Shown here: positions 1 to 12,084 of the stretch, in pieces | Numbering within the stretch: position 1 is the first letter of the stretch | Layout of the letters: every line of letters starts with the position of its first letter | Origin: Candidatus Parcubacteria bacterium | Lineage (GTDB): Bacteria; Patescibacteriota; Patescibacteriia; CAIXNZ01 | NCBI GenBank assembly: GCA_026395685.1 | Contig: JAPLYG010000013.1 | Location: forward strand, 387 to 64,386 | Direction of reading: 5' to 3' | Length of the DNA: 64,000 nt | The notes under the pieces: model-generated | Databases searched by the model: none | What the model saw: only the letters and a program-made list of their open reading frames with translations | Told to the model about the DNA's origin: nothing | Made by a program: the position numbers and the translations under genes

Positions 1-3000
1 CATTGGCAATTTAAACATTCATTACCTGTGCTGCAGGCGCTATTATCGCAATTTTCTCCGGCTTCTACTATGCTATTGCCGCAAACCGATTGTTTCGGCG
101 TAACTGGTGGGATTACTGGAGGTATAACTTCTGAACTGACTAAATTGCTGGTTGAATTTGTTTTTAAACTGGTTATATTTGAACCGCTGACAATTGCCTG
201 ATTGGTAATGGTCTGGCCTTCGCTGCCTGTATTAACTTTGGCTTTAAAGGTAATATTTGCGCTTTCATTTATTCCTAATGCACCCACATTAAACGTTAAG
301 TTATTGCCTGTATTTGCTACTGCTACATTATTTACCTTAGAACTGCCGGATACGTATGTTAAATGGCTGTTTAATACATCTGTTACTATTATTCCTGCAG
401 CAGCGGCTGTGCCGTTATTTGTCAGATCTATGCGGTAGCTTAAAATATCATCCACATCTGCCGAACCGCTTTGCGCATAAGGTGCGCTTTGCGCTGAACT
501 AAAATGATTGAGGCCCAAAAGTCCGCCCATCATTACAAATAGAACTAAAGCTTTCAAAACTCCGGCAGCTAAAATTCCCTGCAAAGAAGCTTTGCTGATG
601 CTATGCATTTTCTTGTGTTTGGCATATGACACCTGGCTATATACTCCGTTATTATTTTGCACTGCAAGAGCTTCATAAACATGCTGCGGTTTTTGAAAAA
701 TCAAACTGTCAATTATGGCCAAAGCCATACTTAAGTTGTAATCTTTACGCAGATGCTTGACTGTGCTGACAATACCGATTATAAAAAATATTCCCAAGAT
801 CAATAACGCAATATTTAAAAGCCAGGATAAGCCGTTTAAGACATATCTTTGATTATTATTTAAATCTATACTGGCAAAGGCTGTATTAAACAAAGTAAAT
901 CCCCAATTCTTCGCCAGATTTACAGCCACGCCCTTAGTAGCTACAATATTTGGCTTAATAGCTGCTGGTGCTGGCTGACCATTTCCTGCTCCTAAATCCG
1001 TTTCTACTCCATCGCCGTTTCTGGCTTTGGCTGCCAGATTATATGGGTCACTGCTGGTTAAAGCTATTTGCACGGCCGGGACTGGCTTGCCAATGACTGC
1101 TATGCCGGCTGCTCCTCCCCAGGCTTCATAGGTTTGCCAGCTTTCCACATCGCTAAAATTACCATCTGACTGCAGATACTTGCCCGTGGTTATTTCCTTG
1201 ATTGCATATTCGGTATTCGCCGGATTTCCGTCATTGGGATCCAGTTTTAGATTTAATATTCCTGAGCTTAAAGGTGCTATTATTACCTGCTTTGGTATAT
1301 TGGCTAGAGTATAGCAGCTGACTAAACCGGTAAATGACTCTTCCGCAGCTATATAGGCGCTGACTTTACTGATATATTCAGTATTTGTAGTTAAGCCAGC
1401 TTCGTTAATCAGCCTGCAGCTAGCAGCTGCTCCGCCAGCATAATTGCATAAATGAGTAGCATCAGTTGCCACTTCTTTGATCAAATAAGCATTTGAAGCT
1501 AAAACGCCATAAAGGCGAAATCCTATTTCATTTGTGGAATTATCATTGAAAGTCCAGTCCAGGCTGGAATTACTTATTGGCTGACAGCTTAAATTTGTCG
1601 CTGGCATAACATTATAGCCAAGGCCGCCTTCCGAAGAAGTATCATCATTTGCAATAGTACCGACTCCCTGACCATGACCAGCTAGAATTGTGGCATTCTC
1701 AGGGCTAGAAAGATTTACATAAAATGTTTCAGTTAATTCAGGATCAGTATCGCCATTAACCTCAACTTTAATCGTTTTGGTGGTTTCTCCGGGATTAAAT
1801 ATCAGCATATCCTGCGGTAACGCAACATAATCATTATCAGCTACTGTTGCCGTTCCGTCGACAACATCATATAAAACCGTAGTTTGCATCCCGGATACAG
1901 GTGAAAGCGTGACAGTAAAATTAAAATTTCGCTTACCCGAATCTCTTTCCAGTAAAGAAACATCATTTATGGACAGCGAAGGCATGGCATCAGGCGGAGG
2001 AGATTCAGTAATATTGACATCTAAAGACCCTATCCCGTTGTAATTTGGATCTGAACTTGTCATTGTGCCCCAAACCTTGCCAATATGCGGTGATGCTTCA
2101 TACATTGCGTCATCTACAGCAGTAATAATAATTTCCTGATCAGTCATCCCGTTTATTGGAGTAAATGTAAGGCTGACAGGCAATACGCTAGTCTGTCCAT
2201 CAGGAGTACTAAAATCAATAATTACGTCAGATGACGGAAGAGAGGTCAATCTAATAAATATATTATCCGAAGACGCGGTTGTTTCATCCACATCTGTCGT
2301 TCCAAATGGAGGTGGTGTCTGAGTGACAATCACGCCCGCCGTATCATTATCAGTTATATTAACAACTACATTTGGAGTGGCAACGCCATTATTCATAAAT
2401 ACAGCGGCGGGACCATTGTAATTCGGATCAGCGCTTGCTGCCGTATGAGTTATTGTTCCTGTATGCGCGCCTTCCACATAAAAATCATCAACGGCAGACA
2501 CTATTATTTCCTGAGCTTCATAATAATCTAGCCGTGAAAATATTACCTGAGCTAAATCTGTTGTCACCTGCCCATCAGCAATAAGAGATACCGTAACGCC
2601 GACATCGACGGACGGCTGTTGTCTTAAATACAAATTATAAGTATCAGTTGCCCCGCCTTCAGTAACATTTGTAGAGCCTTCAGTTTCAGCTATGATTATC
2701 TCAAAATTACTGATTAAATTATTATTAAACTTTACAAAAGCCGTTAACCCGGTCGCATCCCCCCCGCCTGCAAACTCATCCTGGTTAATATCGGCGCCAT
2801 AATTAGTTTCTCTTTCACTTTTTGTCATATCAACCAGATAATTTACATCAACTGGATCCATAAACCTGTCATTATTCAAATCGCCCATTCTTCCCGCGTA
2901 AAGCGGATTACTCATCAAAGTGTTTACATCTACAATATTAACGATAATACTAGGGATAAATATACCGCCATCATATAAAGATAAAGGATCAGCGCAACTA

Positions 3001-4889
3001 GAACTAAAACTAATATTTTCCTGGACAGTACCTTCAATAATCGAGTCATCTGGTGCTGTCACAGTTACGGTTTGCGGGGTAGCCCAATTAGCGCTGGTAA
3101 ATGTCAATGAAGATGAACTCAAAGCAATCTGCGTACTATGGCTGATATTTATAGTTACATTACCCGTAGGCAATGTTTCCAAAACAACACTAAAAGAATC
3201 ATCAGCCGCAATTCCTTCTTTGACTTCAGTCCGTCCCGGCGTAGCGCCCCCAGATTCATCAACAGTCACACCAGCCTGATCATTATCTGCGACTATTACA
3301 TCCATATTAGGAGCTAGTGAACCGTCATAATCCCCATCTCCGACACTCGTTACAGTATGAGTGATAGTACTAGTCAATTGACCTTCTGCAGTTCCGTCAA
3401 TAGGAGCAGTTATTGTTATTATTTGCGGTGTATTCCAATTTAAAGTGGTAAAGGTAATAAAGCCTCCGCTTAAAATTGGATTTAGCAGGCTATCAGTTAA
3501 ATCAATTCCTGTAGCAGAATCATCATAAGTAAAAAAGACTTTCACATCAGCTGTCGGCGCCGAAGCTAATACCACGCTATAAGAATCTGCTAATCCACCT
3601 TCACGCACAAAGGTATTACCGTTTGTAGGCGTGATTATGACGCCGCTGCGATAAACAGAAACGCTATTTCCGCTGTAAGATTTGAAGTTGAGCAGGTAAA
3701 TATTCTCATACTTATTTATACTGACAAAATCTAATTTGTTATCATTATCAAAGTCAGCTGCCGCTAAATTAATCGGACCCGGAAGAGTATTTAAAGCAGG
3801 CGCTGCAGTAAATGTAAAATTATTATTGCCATGAAATATTTTTATGGCATTATCTGCATAGCTGCTGACTGCCAAATCAACGCCAGCTATATTATCAAAA
3901 TTTCCGGATATAACCCTGGTGCTTTTCTCACCTATCGGATACGATGTCAACCGCTCAGTAAAAGTAAAAGAATTCAAGCCATTATTTTCATAAATTCTAA
4001 GTCGGCTTGCGGTAGCAGTAAAACTCACATCAATCCCCGCCAAGTCAATATCAGTATCGCCATCAAAATCACCGGCCGCAATAAAATCAATATTGCCAGA
4101 TATACCAACACCCGGAGCAAAAGTTCCATCGCCATTATTTTCTAATACTGATAAAGCTGCGGTATCGGCCGGGGCACTGCTCGAGACAACCAAATCATTA
4201 TCTCCATCACCGTCAAAATCAGCGCTAACAATCTGAAGCGGACTCCTGTCAACAGCATAATCCACTGCGGCGGCAAAAGTTCCATCGCCATTATTTAATA
4301 AAACTGATATGGAATCTGAACCGTTATACGGCTTTGTATTATTATAACTATTGGCTACCACCAAATCAAAAGATGCATTTGCATCCAATCTTGTGGCTAT
4401 AATGCCGGTCAGTCCTCTAAGCCCTAACCCTGTCGTATAGCTATCTCCTGGTGTAAATGTAAATACTCCACTGCCATCATTTCGCAAGATGACTATAGTA
4501 TCCGTAGAATAATTAGAGACTGCCAAATCAATATCAGCATCGACATCAAAATCAGCAGCGGTAATTGAATTTGTTCCTTCGCCGACAGCATCATAATTTA
4601 CTGCAGGCAAGAAGGCACCATGACCGTCATTTAATAAAATAGAAACTTGAGCTACTCTGTAATTAACCACAGCCAGATCATTATAGCCGTCACCGTTAAA
4701 ATCAGCTGTTGCTGCCTGGCGCGGATCATCAAGCACCAAATAATTTTCCGGCGCTAAATAGGGATAGGCATTAGAAGTTTTCAAAAAACTCAAACATAAA
4801 AAAAGAATGGCCAAAATAGCCAAACGCCAAGCTGGCCTAAATGTCAGTAATTTTAAGCCGATAATTCTATTTTTAAAATTTGATTTCAT
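1..4889 (-). CDS. Giant cell-surface adhesin-like protein, 3' end runs off the window (at least 1629 codons present). It has FG-GAP/VCBS-like repeats, tandem beta-sandwich domains including Calx-beta-like ones, a DUF11-like region, one TM segment and a C-terminal Cys-rich CGNxxxExGExCD...C.NCQC module.
   Basis: Manual minus-strand translation from the ATG at 4889-4887 (MKSNFKNRIIGLKLLTF...) stays open to position 1. Frame re-checked at about 4200, 2940, 1000 and 1-60. Motifs seen: ADFNGDGYNDLAV, FDGDGDNDLVV, ...TVADNDYVALPQDMLIFNPGETTKTIKVEVNGDTDPELTETFYVNLS. Absent from the ORF track because there is no stop in the window. Confidence 0.7.
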   Translation of the reverse strand, partial: MKSNFKNRIIGLKLLTFRPAWRLAILAILFLCLSFLKTSNAYPYLAPENYLVLDDPRQAATADFNGDGYNDLAVVNYRVAQVSILLNDGHGAFLPAVNYDAVGEGTNSITAADFDVDADIDLAVSNYSTDTIVILRNDGSGVFTFTPGDSYTTGLGLRGLTGIIATRLDANASFDLVVANSYNNTKPYNGSDSISVLLNNGDGTFAAAVDYAVDRSPLQIVSADFDGDGDNDLVVSSSAPADTAALSVLENNGDGTFAPGVGISGNIDFIAAGDFDGDTDIDLAGIDVSFTATASRLRIYENNGLNSFTFTERLTSYPIGEKSTRVISGNFDNIAGVDLAVSSYADNAIKIFHGNNNFTFTAAPALNTLPGPINLAAADFDNDNKLDFVSINKYENIYLLNFKSYSGNSVSVYRSGVIITPTNGNTFVREGGLADSYSVVLASAPTADVKVFFTYDDSATGIDLTDSLLNPILSGGFITFTTLNWNTPQIITITAPIDGTAEGQLTSTITHTVTSVGDGDYDGSLAPNMDVIVADNDQAGVTVDESGGATPGRTEVKEGIAADDSFSVVLETLPTGNVTINISHSTQIALSSSSLTFTSANWATPQTVTVTAPDDSIIEGTVQENISFSSSCADPLSLYDGGIFIPSIIVNIVDVNTLMSNPLYAGRMGDLNNDRFMDPVDVNYLVDMTKSERETNYGADINQDEFAGGGDATGLTAFVKFNNNLISNFEIIIAETEGSTNVTEGGATDTYNLYLRQQPSVDVGVTVSLIADGQVTTDLAQVIFSRLDYYEAQEIIVSAVDDFYVEGAHTGTITHTAASADPNYNGPAAVFMNNGVATPNVVVNITDNDTAGVIVTQTPPPFGTTDVDETTASSDNIFIRLTSLPSSDVIIDFSTPDGQTSVLPVSLTFTPINGMTDQEIIITAVDDAMYEASPHIGKVWGTMTSSDPNYNGIGSLDVNITESPPPDAMPSLSINDVSLLERDSGKRNFNFTVTLSPVSGMQTTVLYDVVDGTATVADNDYVALPQDMLIFNPGETTKTIKVEVNGDTDPELTETFYVNLSSPENATILAGHGQGVGTIANDDTSSEGGLGYNVMPATNLSCQPISNSSLDWTFNDNSTNEIGFRLYGVLASNAYLIKEVATDATHLCNYAGGAAASCRLINEAGLTTNTEYISKVSAYIAAEESFTGLVSCYTLANIPKQVIIAPLSSGILNLKLDPNDGNPANTEYAIKEITTGKYLQSDGNFSDVESWQTYEAWGGAAGIAVIGKPVPAVQIALTSSDPYNLAAKARNGDGVETDLGAGNGQPAPAAIKPNIVATKGVAVNLAKNWGFTLFNTAFASIDLNNNQRYVLNGLSWLLNIALLILGIFFIIGIVSTVKHLRKDYNLSMALAIIDSLIFQKPQHVYEALAVQNNNGVYSQVSYAKHKKMHSISKASLQGILAAGVLKALVLFVMMGGLLGLNHFSSAQSAPYAQSGSADVDDILSYRIDLTNNGTAAAAGIIVTDVLNSHLTYVSGSSKVNNVAVANTGNNLTFNVGALGINESANITFKAKVNTGSEGQTITNQAIVSGSNITSLKTNSTSNLVSSEVIPPVIPPVTPKQSVCGNSIVEAGENCDNSACSTGNECLNCQ

Positions 4890-4999
4890 ATTACAACAAA
4901 TAAAATAGCAAATTTAAAAAAATGCCTCGAGTTTTGCTTTTATCTCCTGATTTAATTATATCAAATTTTATCTTACTTTAGCAGTCAAACTGGGGATAA

Positions 5000-5317
5000 C
5001 TAATAGCGGAAATTGCCCCTCATTTTTTCCTTATATTTTTTGATTTGGCGTTCCAGTTCCTCCCTGGCCTCATTTATAGCCACATACAAATCATCTCTGG
5101 TGGCTTCAGCCCGTAAAAGATGTTTCTGCGGCACTTCCAGATTTATTTCCGCCCGAAAAACATTGCCTTTTTGATGATGTTTAGTGGTTAAGCCGACGTC
5201 GACTCTGGCGATTAACGCCTGTTCAAAAAATTTTTCCAGACTGCCGACTTTTTCATTGACATAGTCTTTGAGAGCGTCGGTAAGCTCCAAATTTGTTCCT
5301 TTGATCTCGATTTGCAT
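5000..5317 (-). CDS. hpf: Ribosome hibernation promoting factor / RaiA family (short form)
   Basis: N-terminus MQIEIKGTNLELTDALKDYVNEKV is typical of HPF/YfiA. About 105 aa. Confidence 0.75.
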   Translation of the reverse strand: MQIEIKGTNLELTDALKDYVNEKVGSLEKFFEQALIARVDVGLTTKHHQKGNVFRAEINLEVPQKHLLRAEATRDDLYVAINEAREELERQIKKYKEKMRGNFRY

Positions 5318-5360
5318 AGTATAAGTAAATTAGTTATTAGCTTATTAGTAATCAGATGGT

Positions 5361-7433
<2,073 letters not shown>

Positions 7434-7523
7434 TTAAAAATTCAAAATGCAAAAATCAAAATTACAAAGCAAAAATCAAAATTTAGGTATTTTTAAAATA
7501 AACTTTCCAAAATTTAAAATTAT

Positions 7524-7560
7524 AAACTGTAACTTTAAACTTTGCACTTTAAACTTTAAG
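7524..7560 (+). repeat. Intergenic repeat family Y, copy 1 (AACTGTAACTTTAAACTTTGCACTTTAAACTTTAA)
   Basis: Near-identical 33-38 bp sequence recurs at 19028-19067 and, inverted, at 60566-60598. Confidence 0.6.
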
Positions 7561-7565
7561 CTTTC

Positions 7566-8312
7566 TTAAACGCCCAGCAGCCACTTCAGCAGCAAATTCC
7601 CGTATAGCAAAACAGCAATCCCCGCGCCAGCCAGAAAACTTCCCATAGGCAATAAATCGCCGAATTTTTTCTTTTTCGTTATTATTAATCCCAAAGCAAA
7701 TAATCCGCCCAGGATATAAGCCATTAAAAGCGTTATAATCAGATATTCCAAGCCCAGCATAATACCCAAAACAAAACCTAACTTCACGTCACCAAACCCG
7801 ATCCATTTGCCCCTTGACGCCAGATGCTGGATATAAAAAAATCCGCCGCCGACCAAAGAAGCAAAAACTAAGCCCTGCCACTGATAACCCAAATAAATAT
7901 TGACAATAAAACTGATAATCAAAGCCGGCCAGAGTATCGCATCTAAAATCGTTAAATATTTCAAATCAAAAATTAAAATAAATAAGAGCACAAAAACATA
8001 CAATAAATCGCTGAGCATCATTAAATTAATTGCATGATAATTTAAATAAATTAAGGCAAACAGCAAACCAGTCGCAATTTCAACAGCAAAATATTCCCAG
8101 CCGATAAATTTTTTACAGAATCTGCATTTACCGCGCAAGAAAATAAAGCTGAATAAAGGGATTAAATCACGCTTTAAAAGCTGCTGCTGGCAATGAGGGC
8201 AAAGAGAGCGCTTCCAGAGAGGCATTTTCTTTGACAAGCGATAAACCAATGAATTCATAAAACTGCCCATAACCAAGCCGATTATGAAGATAAAAATCAA
8301 TTCAATTAACAT
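7566..8312 (-). CDS. pilD: Prepilin peptidase (A24 family)
   Basis: N-terminal CPHC...CRFC zinc-binding pairs, multi-TM, GFGDVKL motif. Confidence 0.8.
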   Translation of the reverse strand: MLIELIFIFIIGLVMGSFMNSLVYRLSKKMPLWKRSLCPHCQQQLLKRDLIPLFSFIFLRGKCRFCKKFIGWEYFAVEIATGLLFALIYLNYHAINLMMLSDLLYVFVLLFILIFDLKYLTILDAILWPALIISFIVNIYLGYQWQGLVFASLVGGGFFYIQHLASRGKWIGFGDVKLGFVLGIMLGLEYLIITLLMAYILGGLFALGLIITKKKKFGDLLPMGSFLAGAGIAVLLYGNLLLKWLLGV

Positions 8313-8410
8313 AAGTTTTTATTAAATTATTATATGGTTAATTATACCAATTATTCAGCCAAAACAAAACAGCGCCTGAATTAAGACGCTGCCTATGATT
8401 TAAATTCCTT

Positions 8411-8890
8411 TTATTTATTACCTGCCTGTCGGTCAATCGCTTGCGAATGGGCGTGATAAGTCCCGGCTTCACCCAAACTGCTGGGCTTTTCAGTAGTAAA
8501 AACTATATCATAGCCTTCCGCAATCCCGGTATAGCTGTATTTTCCCGACGCCAAGGGATCTTTAGGGACAAGCGGCATATACGGATTAGCCTGATCACAG
8601 GGAGTTTCTGCTGGTAAAAAAGCTCCTGCTTTTTTAGAACAAAGTTTTTGAGCGCTAATATCGCCTAAAATAATCGGCGTAATGGTAACGGGATATTCAT
8701 TTTCATCGCTGTAATAAAATTCCAAAGCAGTGCGAACCTGACGGATATCGCTGATGCGCTTGGCATCTCTGGCTTTGCCGCGCTGATCATTAAGCGCTAC
8801 CACGGAAATTATACCCAACAAAATAATGATCGCAATAACAATTAAAAGCTCAATTAGAGAAAATCCCCTTTGACTTTTATTTTTTGTCAT
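8411..8890 (-). CDS. Type IV pilin-like protein with prepilin N-terminal methylation domain
   Basis: QRGFSLIELLIVIAIIILLGII N-terminus (G/F cleavage site followed by a hydrophobic helix). Confidence 0.75.
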   Translation of the reverse strand: MTKNKSQRGFSLIELLIVIAIIILLGIISVVALNDQRGKARDAKRISDIRQVRTALEFYYSDENEYPVTITPIILGDISAQKLCSKKAGAFLPAETPCDQANPYMPLVPKDPLASGKYSYTGIAEGYDIVFTTEKPSSLGEAGTYHAHSQAIDRQAGNK

Positions 8891-8905
8891 AAATTTATTT
8901 TTAAG

Positions 8906-9388
8906 TTATTGAAAAGCGCAAGGCTGACTTAATATTTGGATGCTGCTTGCGCAATTAATTCCTTTCTTTAGACCCAAATCTTTAAAATTTGTTTTTAATT
9001 CAAATTCTAACTGATAATCAAGGCCAATACTAATCGTCTGAAAATAATAAGGCTTTTCGTTTGCGTTCTGATACTGGCTAAAAGGCATATAATTAAATAT
9101 TATTTTGCTGCATTTATCATCATAACGTTTAAATCCGTCAGTGCATAATTTTTCCGTACCGAGATAATTATCATTAAGAGGCACCTTGCCGTTTGTTTCC
9201 GGATAGGTTGTATTATTTGCCAGATATAAATCCAAGCCGTTTTGAATTTGTTTAATGTCGCTTAAAACCTGGATATCCCTGCTTTTTTGATTTAAATACA
9301 AAACAAAAACAATGTCAAGGACAATCATAAAAAGAATCAGTATGATTACAACCAATAATTCAATTTTTGTGAATCCGTTTTGCTTCAT
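8906..9388 (-). CDS. Type IV pilin-like protein
   Basis: NGFTKIELLVVIILILFMIV N-terminus. Confidence 0.7.
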   Translation of the reverse strand: MKQNGFTKIELLVVIILILFMIVLDIVFVLYLNQKSRDIQVLSDIKQIQNGLDLYLANNTTYPETNGKVPLNDNYLGTEKLCTDGFKRYDDKCSKIIFNYMPFSQYQNANEKPYYFQTISIGLDYQLEFELKTNFKDLGLKKGINCASSIQILSQPCAFQ

Positions 9389-9423
9389 TGGCCTAAAAGC
9401 TAAATTCTTAAATGGAGAGTGAT

Positions 9424-9810
9424 TTATTTATGCTCTTTGAGAATCTTTTTTATTTTATCAACAACTTCGGACGGCATAAAATGAGCCTTGATCAGATAAC
9501 CGACTGCTCCTTTTTCAAAACCCTTTTTCACATCGTCTTTCTGGCCCAAATTGGTAAGTAAAACAACAGGAATGTTAGCCAGTTCCTTATCCTTTTTCAA
9601 AGCATCCAAGACTGCAAAACCATCCATTTTCGGCATTAAAATATCAAGCAATATGATATCCGGTTTCTCTTTTTTTGCCATGTCCAAACCTTTAAGCCCG
9701 TCTTCAGCCGCAACCACGCCAAAACCTTCCAGTTCAAATTTAGTGGTGTACATTTCCACTAGGAATGTATCGTCTTCGACTAATAGAATTTTTATTTTTT
9801 GATCTGCCAT
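9424..9810 (-). CDS. Stand-alone response regulator receiver (CheY-like) protein
   Basis: KILLVEDD ... DIILLDILMPKMDGF ... K layout of REC domains. 128 aa. Confidence 0.8.
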   Translation of the reverse strand: MADQKIKILLVEDDTFLVEMYTTKFELEGFGVVAAEDGLKGLDMAKKEKPDIILLDILMPKMDGFAVLDALKKDKELANIPVVLLTNLGQKDDVKKGFEKGAVGYLIKAHFMPSEVVDKIKKILKEHK

Positions 9811-9891
9811 AAAATAAAATTAAATGTTAAATCTCAGCCCAAGGCTGTCCCGTCTCTGGCGGGAAAAATTAAAAAATTAAATATATTTGAT

Positions 9892-10923
9892 TTATTTATA
9901 TGTTAAATATTCAGCTTCACTCAGGACTCTGGGATCCCAATCTACATAACCGCTGACTTCCTTTGCCTGCCGTATACTGCGGAAACGGTCATTTATTGTA
10001 TAAATTGAACCGGGATCAATTTTTGATATTGCCAAACCATTGCTGAAAACAACTGAATTTACGTCTATTTTTCTTAAAACTCCGCCCCAATCAATTAAGT
10101 ATAAAGTGGAATCAGCGGCAAATTTTACCACAGTGCCCCGCAATGGAGCTAAATCAGTATCCGGCAAAATAATATCTTCACAACGGCAATTTTCACAAGC
10201 TTGATTTTCCGAGCATCCCGCCAGATCACATTGTTCAGTTGCTTCAATTTTTCCATTGCCGCAAATTGGCGCAATAATTACCTGCCGGCATTGGCAATTA
10301 TTACAGACTTGATTTTCCGCACATCCCTGTAAATCGCACGCTTCGCCGGTTTCAATCACTCCATTACCGCAAATTGAAACTGCTTCAATTTGGCACAAGC
10401 CGGAACAGCCATCGCCATTTTCACGATTACCATCATCACAGCTTTCACTGCCCTCAATTTCTCCATTGCCGCAAATTGGCTCAATACTTACCTGCTGGCA
10501 TTGGCAATTATTACAGACCTGGTTTTCAGCACATCCTTGTACATCGCACTGTTCATTGAATTCAATCAAGCCATTGCCGCAAATCAACGCCTGTGGCGGC
10601 TTATTTTCGTTTATTACAATTTTTGGAGGACGAGTCAAAAGGTAATACGTTCCCAGAATTATCAGAGAAAAAACAAACAGTAAAATTATAATAATAACTA
10701 TTTTCTTTTTGAATAAATACGATTTTAATGAAGTAACCAGATTGACTTCGCCTAGCGGCTCCTCACTAAATTTCTCTGCCGGTTTTTGCGCTGGCTCAGG
10801 CTTTTTCTCACTGATTACTTTTTCAGAAGTAATATTTTCCAAAACCGGCTCATGCATTTGTACCGGCACTTTTGGGGGCGGCATTTTTTTATCCGGACCT
10901 TTGCCTAAAAAATCTATGGCCAT
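9892..10923 (-). CDS. Membrane-anchored protein with four tandem myxo-type Cys-rich repeats (ICGNGxIExxExCDxxGCxENQxCNNCQC)
   Basis: Four copies of the CGNG...CD...C..C.NC.C module. One copy reads CGNGEIEGSESCDDGNRENGDGCSGLC, matching the Myxococcus cysteine-rich repeat pattern. N-terminal TM helix. The DNA also shows about 120-bp tandem repeats across 10190-10570. Confidence 0.65.
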   Translation of the reverse strand: MAIDFLGKGPDKKMPPPKVPVQMHEPVLENITSEKVISEKKPEPAQKPAEKFSEEPLGEVNLVTSLKSYLFKKKIVIIIILLFVFSLIILGTYYLLTRPPKIVINENKPPQALICGNGLIEFNEQCDVQGCAENQVCNNCQCQQVSIEPICGNGEIEGSESCDDGNRENGDGCSGLCQIEAVSICGNGVIETGEACDLQGCAENQVCNNCQCRQVIIAPICGNGKIEATEQCDLAGCSENQACENCRCEDIILPDTDLAPLRGTVVKFAADSTLYLIDWGGVLRKIDVNSVVFSNGLAISKIDPGSIYTINDRFRSIRQAKEVSGYVDWDPRVLSEAEYLTYK

Positions 10924-10927
10924 AAAA

Positions 10928-12007
10928 TTAAATAATATCCCTCATCGCCAGACCCAAAGCTACTGCAAAACGGGGTCCGACTTCAGTCAAAACCGGACGC
11001 AATTCTTGTGGATAAATCACTCTTGCCCAAGGATCGCCGATATATGCGCGTAAATTCAGGACATTAGTTAAATATTTATCCAGATAATTACCGAGCAATG
11101 ATCCGCCTCCGGTTAAAATCACTTTGTCAAGTATTTTCTGCTGTCCCATCTGGTCATAATAAGTCTTCAGCAAATACTTGATTTCTGAAACTAAAGGCGC
11201 TAAAGCATCTTCCACCAGCTGAGGATAATTACTGAGATTCTCTTGCTGCATTAAAATTGCCATATCTAACTTATAATTTTCTGCTTCAGCAATTGTAATA
11301 TTTAAGGTATCGGCAATTTTCTTGGTAATTACGCCGCCGCCATAATTAATGGTTCTGTTTAAAAGCGGCATGGCATAATTGACAATTGATAAAGTCGTTA
11401 AATTCTCGCCGATATCTACTAATAAAATCAAAGATTTATCTGTACCGACCAAAGAACGCACTAAAGCAAAAGTTTCAATATCTAAATTTGTAAGCTGAAA
11501 ATTTGACTGCTTGAAAATATCCACATAAGTTTTAACAACTTCTAAAATAGAGGCGGTGACTAAATATCTGGCCACTGGAATTTTTGGGCCAGAATCAGGA
11601 TTTTCAATTTCTTCATCAACGATCAAATTGAAATCAAAAATTACTTCCTCTATCGGCCGGGGCATAATCTTTTTCAGCTCTTCTATTAATAAGGGCTTGA
11701 TCTTGGCCTTATTTTCCAAATCACGGCGCTGTAAGTTTGACAATTTAATCACTGTTGAAAAAACAGAAGAAATAGGCAGGGCAGCCGACGCAAAATTTGT
11801 CGTTACCTTTGCACGGTCAGCGACTTCTTTTAATAAAGTGCTTGTTAAATTTCTATTATTGATAAAGTCGCCTCTTAAAACATCACTGCGGGATTCCGTA
11901 TAACCATAAGTCACTAATTTTGGCTTGCCGGCTTCTACGGTCAACTCAACAATTTTGATGGAATCAGGCGACAAATCAACACCTAAATAACTATAGGGTT
12001 TTGCCAT
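10928..12007 (-). CDS. pilM: Type IV pilus assembly protein PilM (actin-like ATPase fold)
   Basis: N-terminus LGVDLSPDSIKIVEL and overall PilM-like length and motifs. Confidence 0.7.
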   Translation of the reverse strand: MAKPYSYLGVDLSPDSIKIVELTVEAGKPKLVTYGYTESRSDVLRGDFINNRNLTSTLLKEVADRAKVTTNFASAALPISSVFSTVIKLSNLQRRDLENKAKIKPLLIEELKKIMPRPIEEVIFDFNLIVDEEIENPDSGPKIPVARYLVTASILEVVKTYVDIFKQSNFQLTNLDIETFALVRSLVGTDKSLILLVDIGENLTTLSIVNYAMPLLNRTINYGGGVITKKIADTLNITIAEAENYKLDMAILMQQENLSNYPQLVEDALAPLVSEIKYLLKTYYDQMGQQKILDKVILTGGGSLLGNYLDKYLTNVLNLRAYIGDPWARVIYPQELRPVLTEVGPRFAVALGLAMRDII

Positions 12008-12084
12008 TTTTAAAATTTTTTAATTTTTAAATCATCCTTCTTAGTTGTGAATATATTATACCACAAAAAAAGCCAAAAATATAC

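Noticed and set aside
7524-7560. Possible sigma-54 promoter reading of the TTTGCAC core of repeat family Y.
   Set aside because: There is no GG dinucleotide 10 bp upstream of the GC, and orientation is inconsistent relative to downstream genes.
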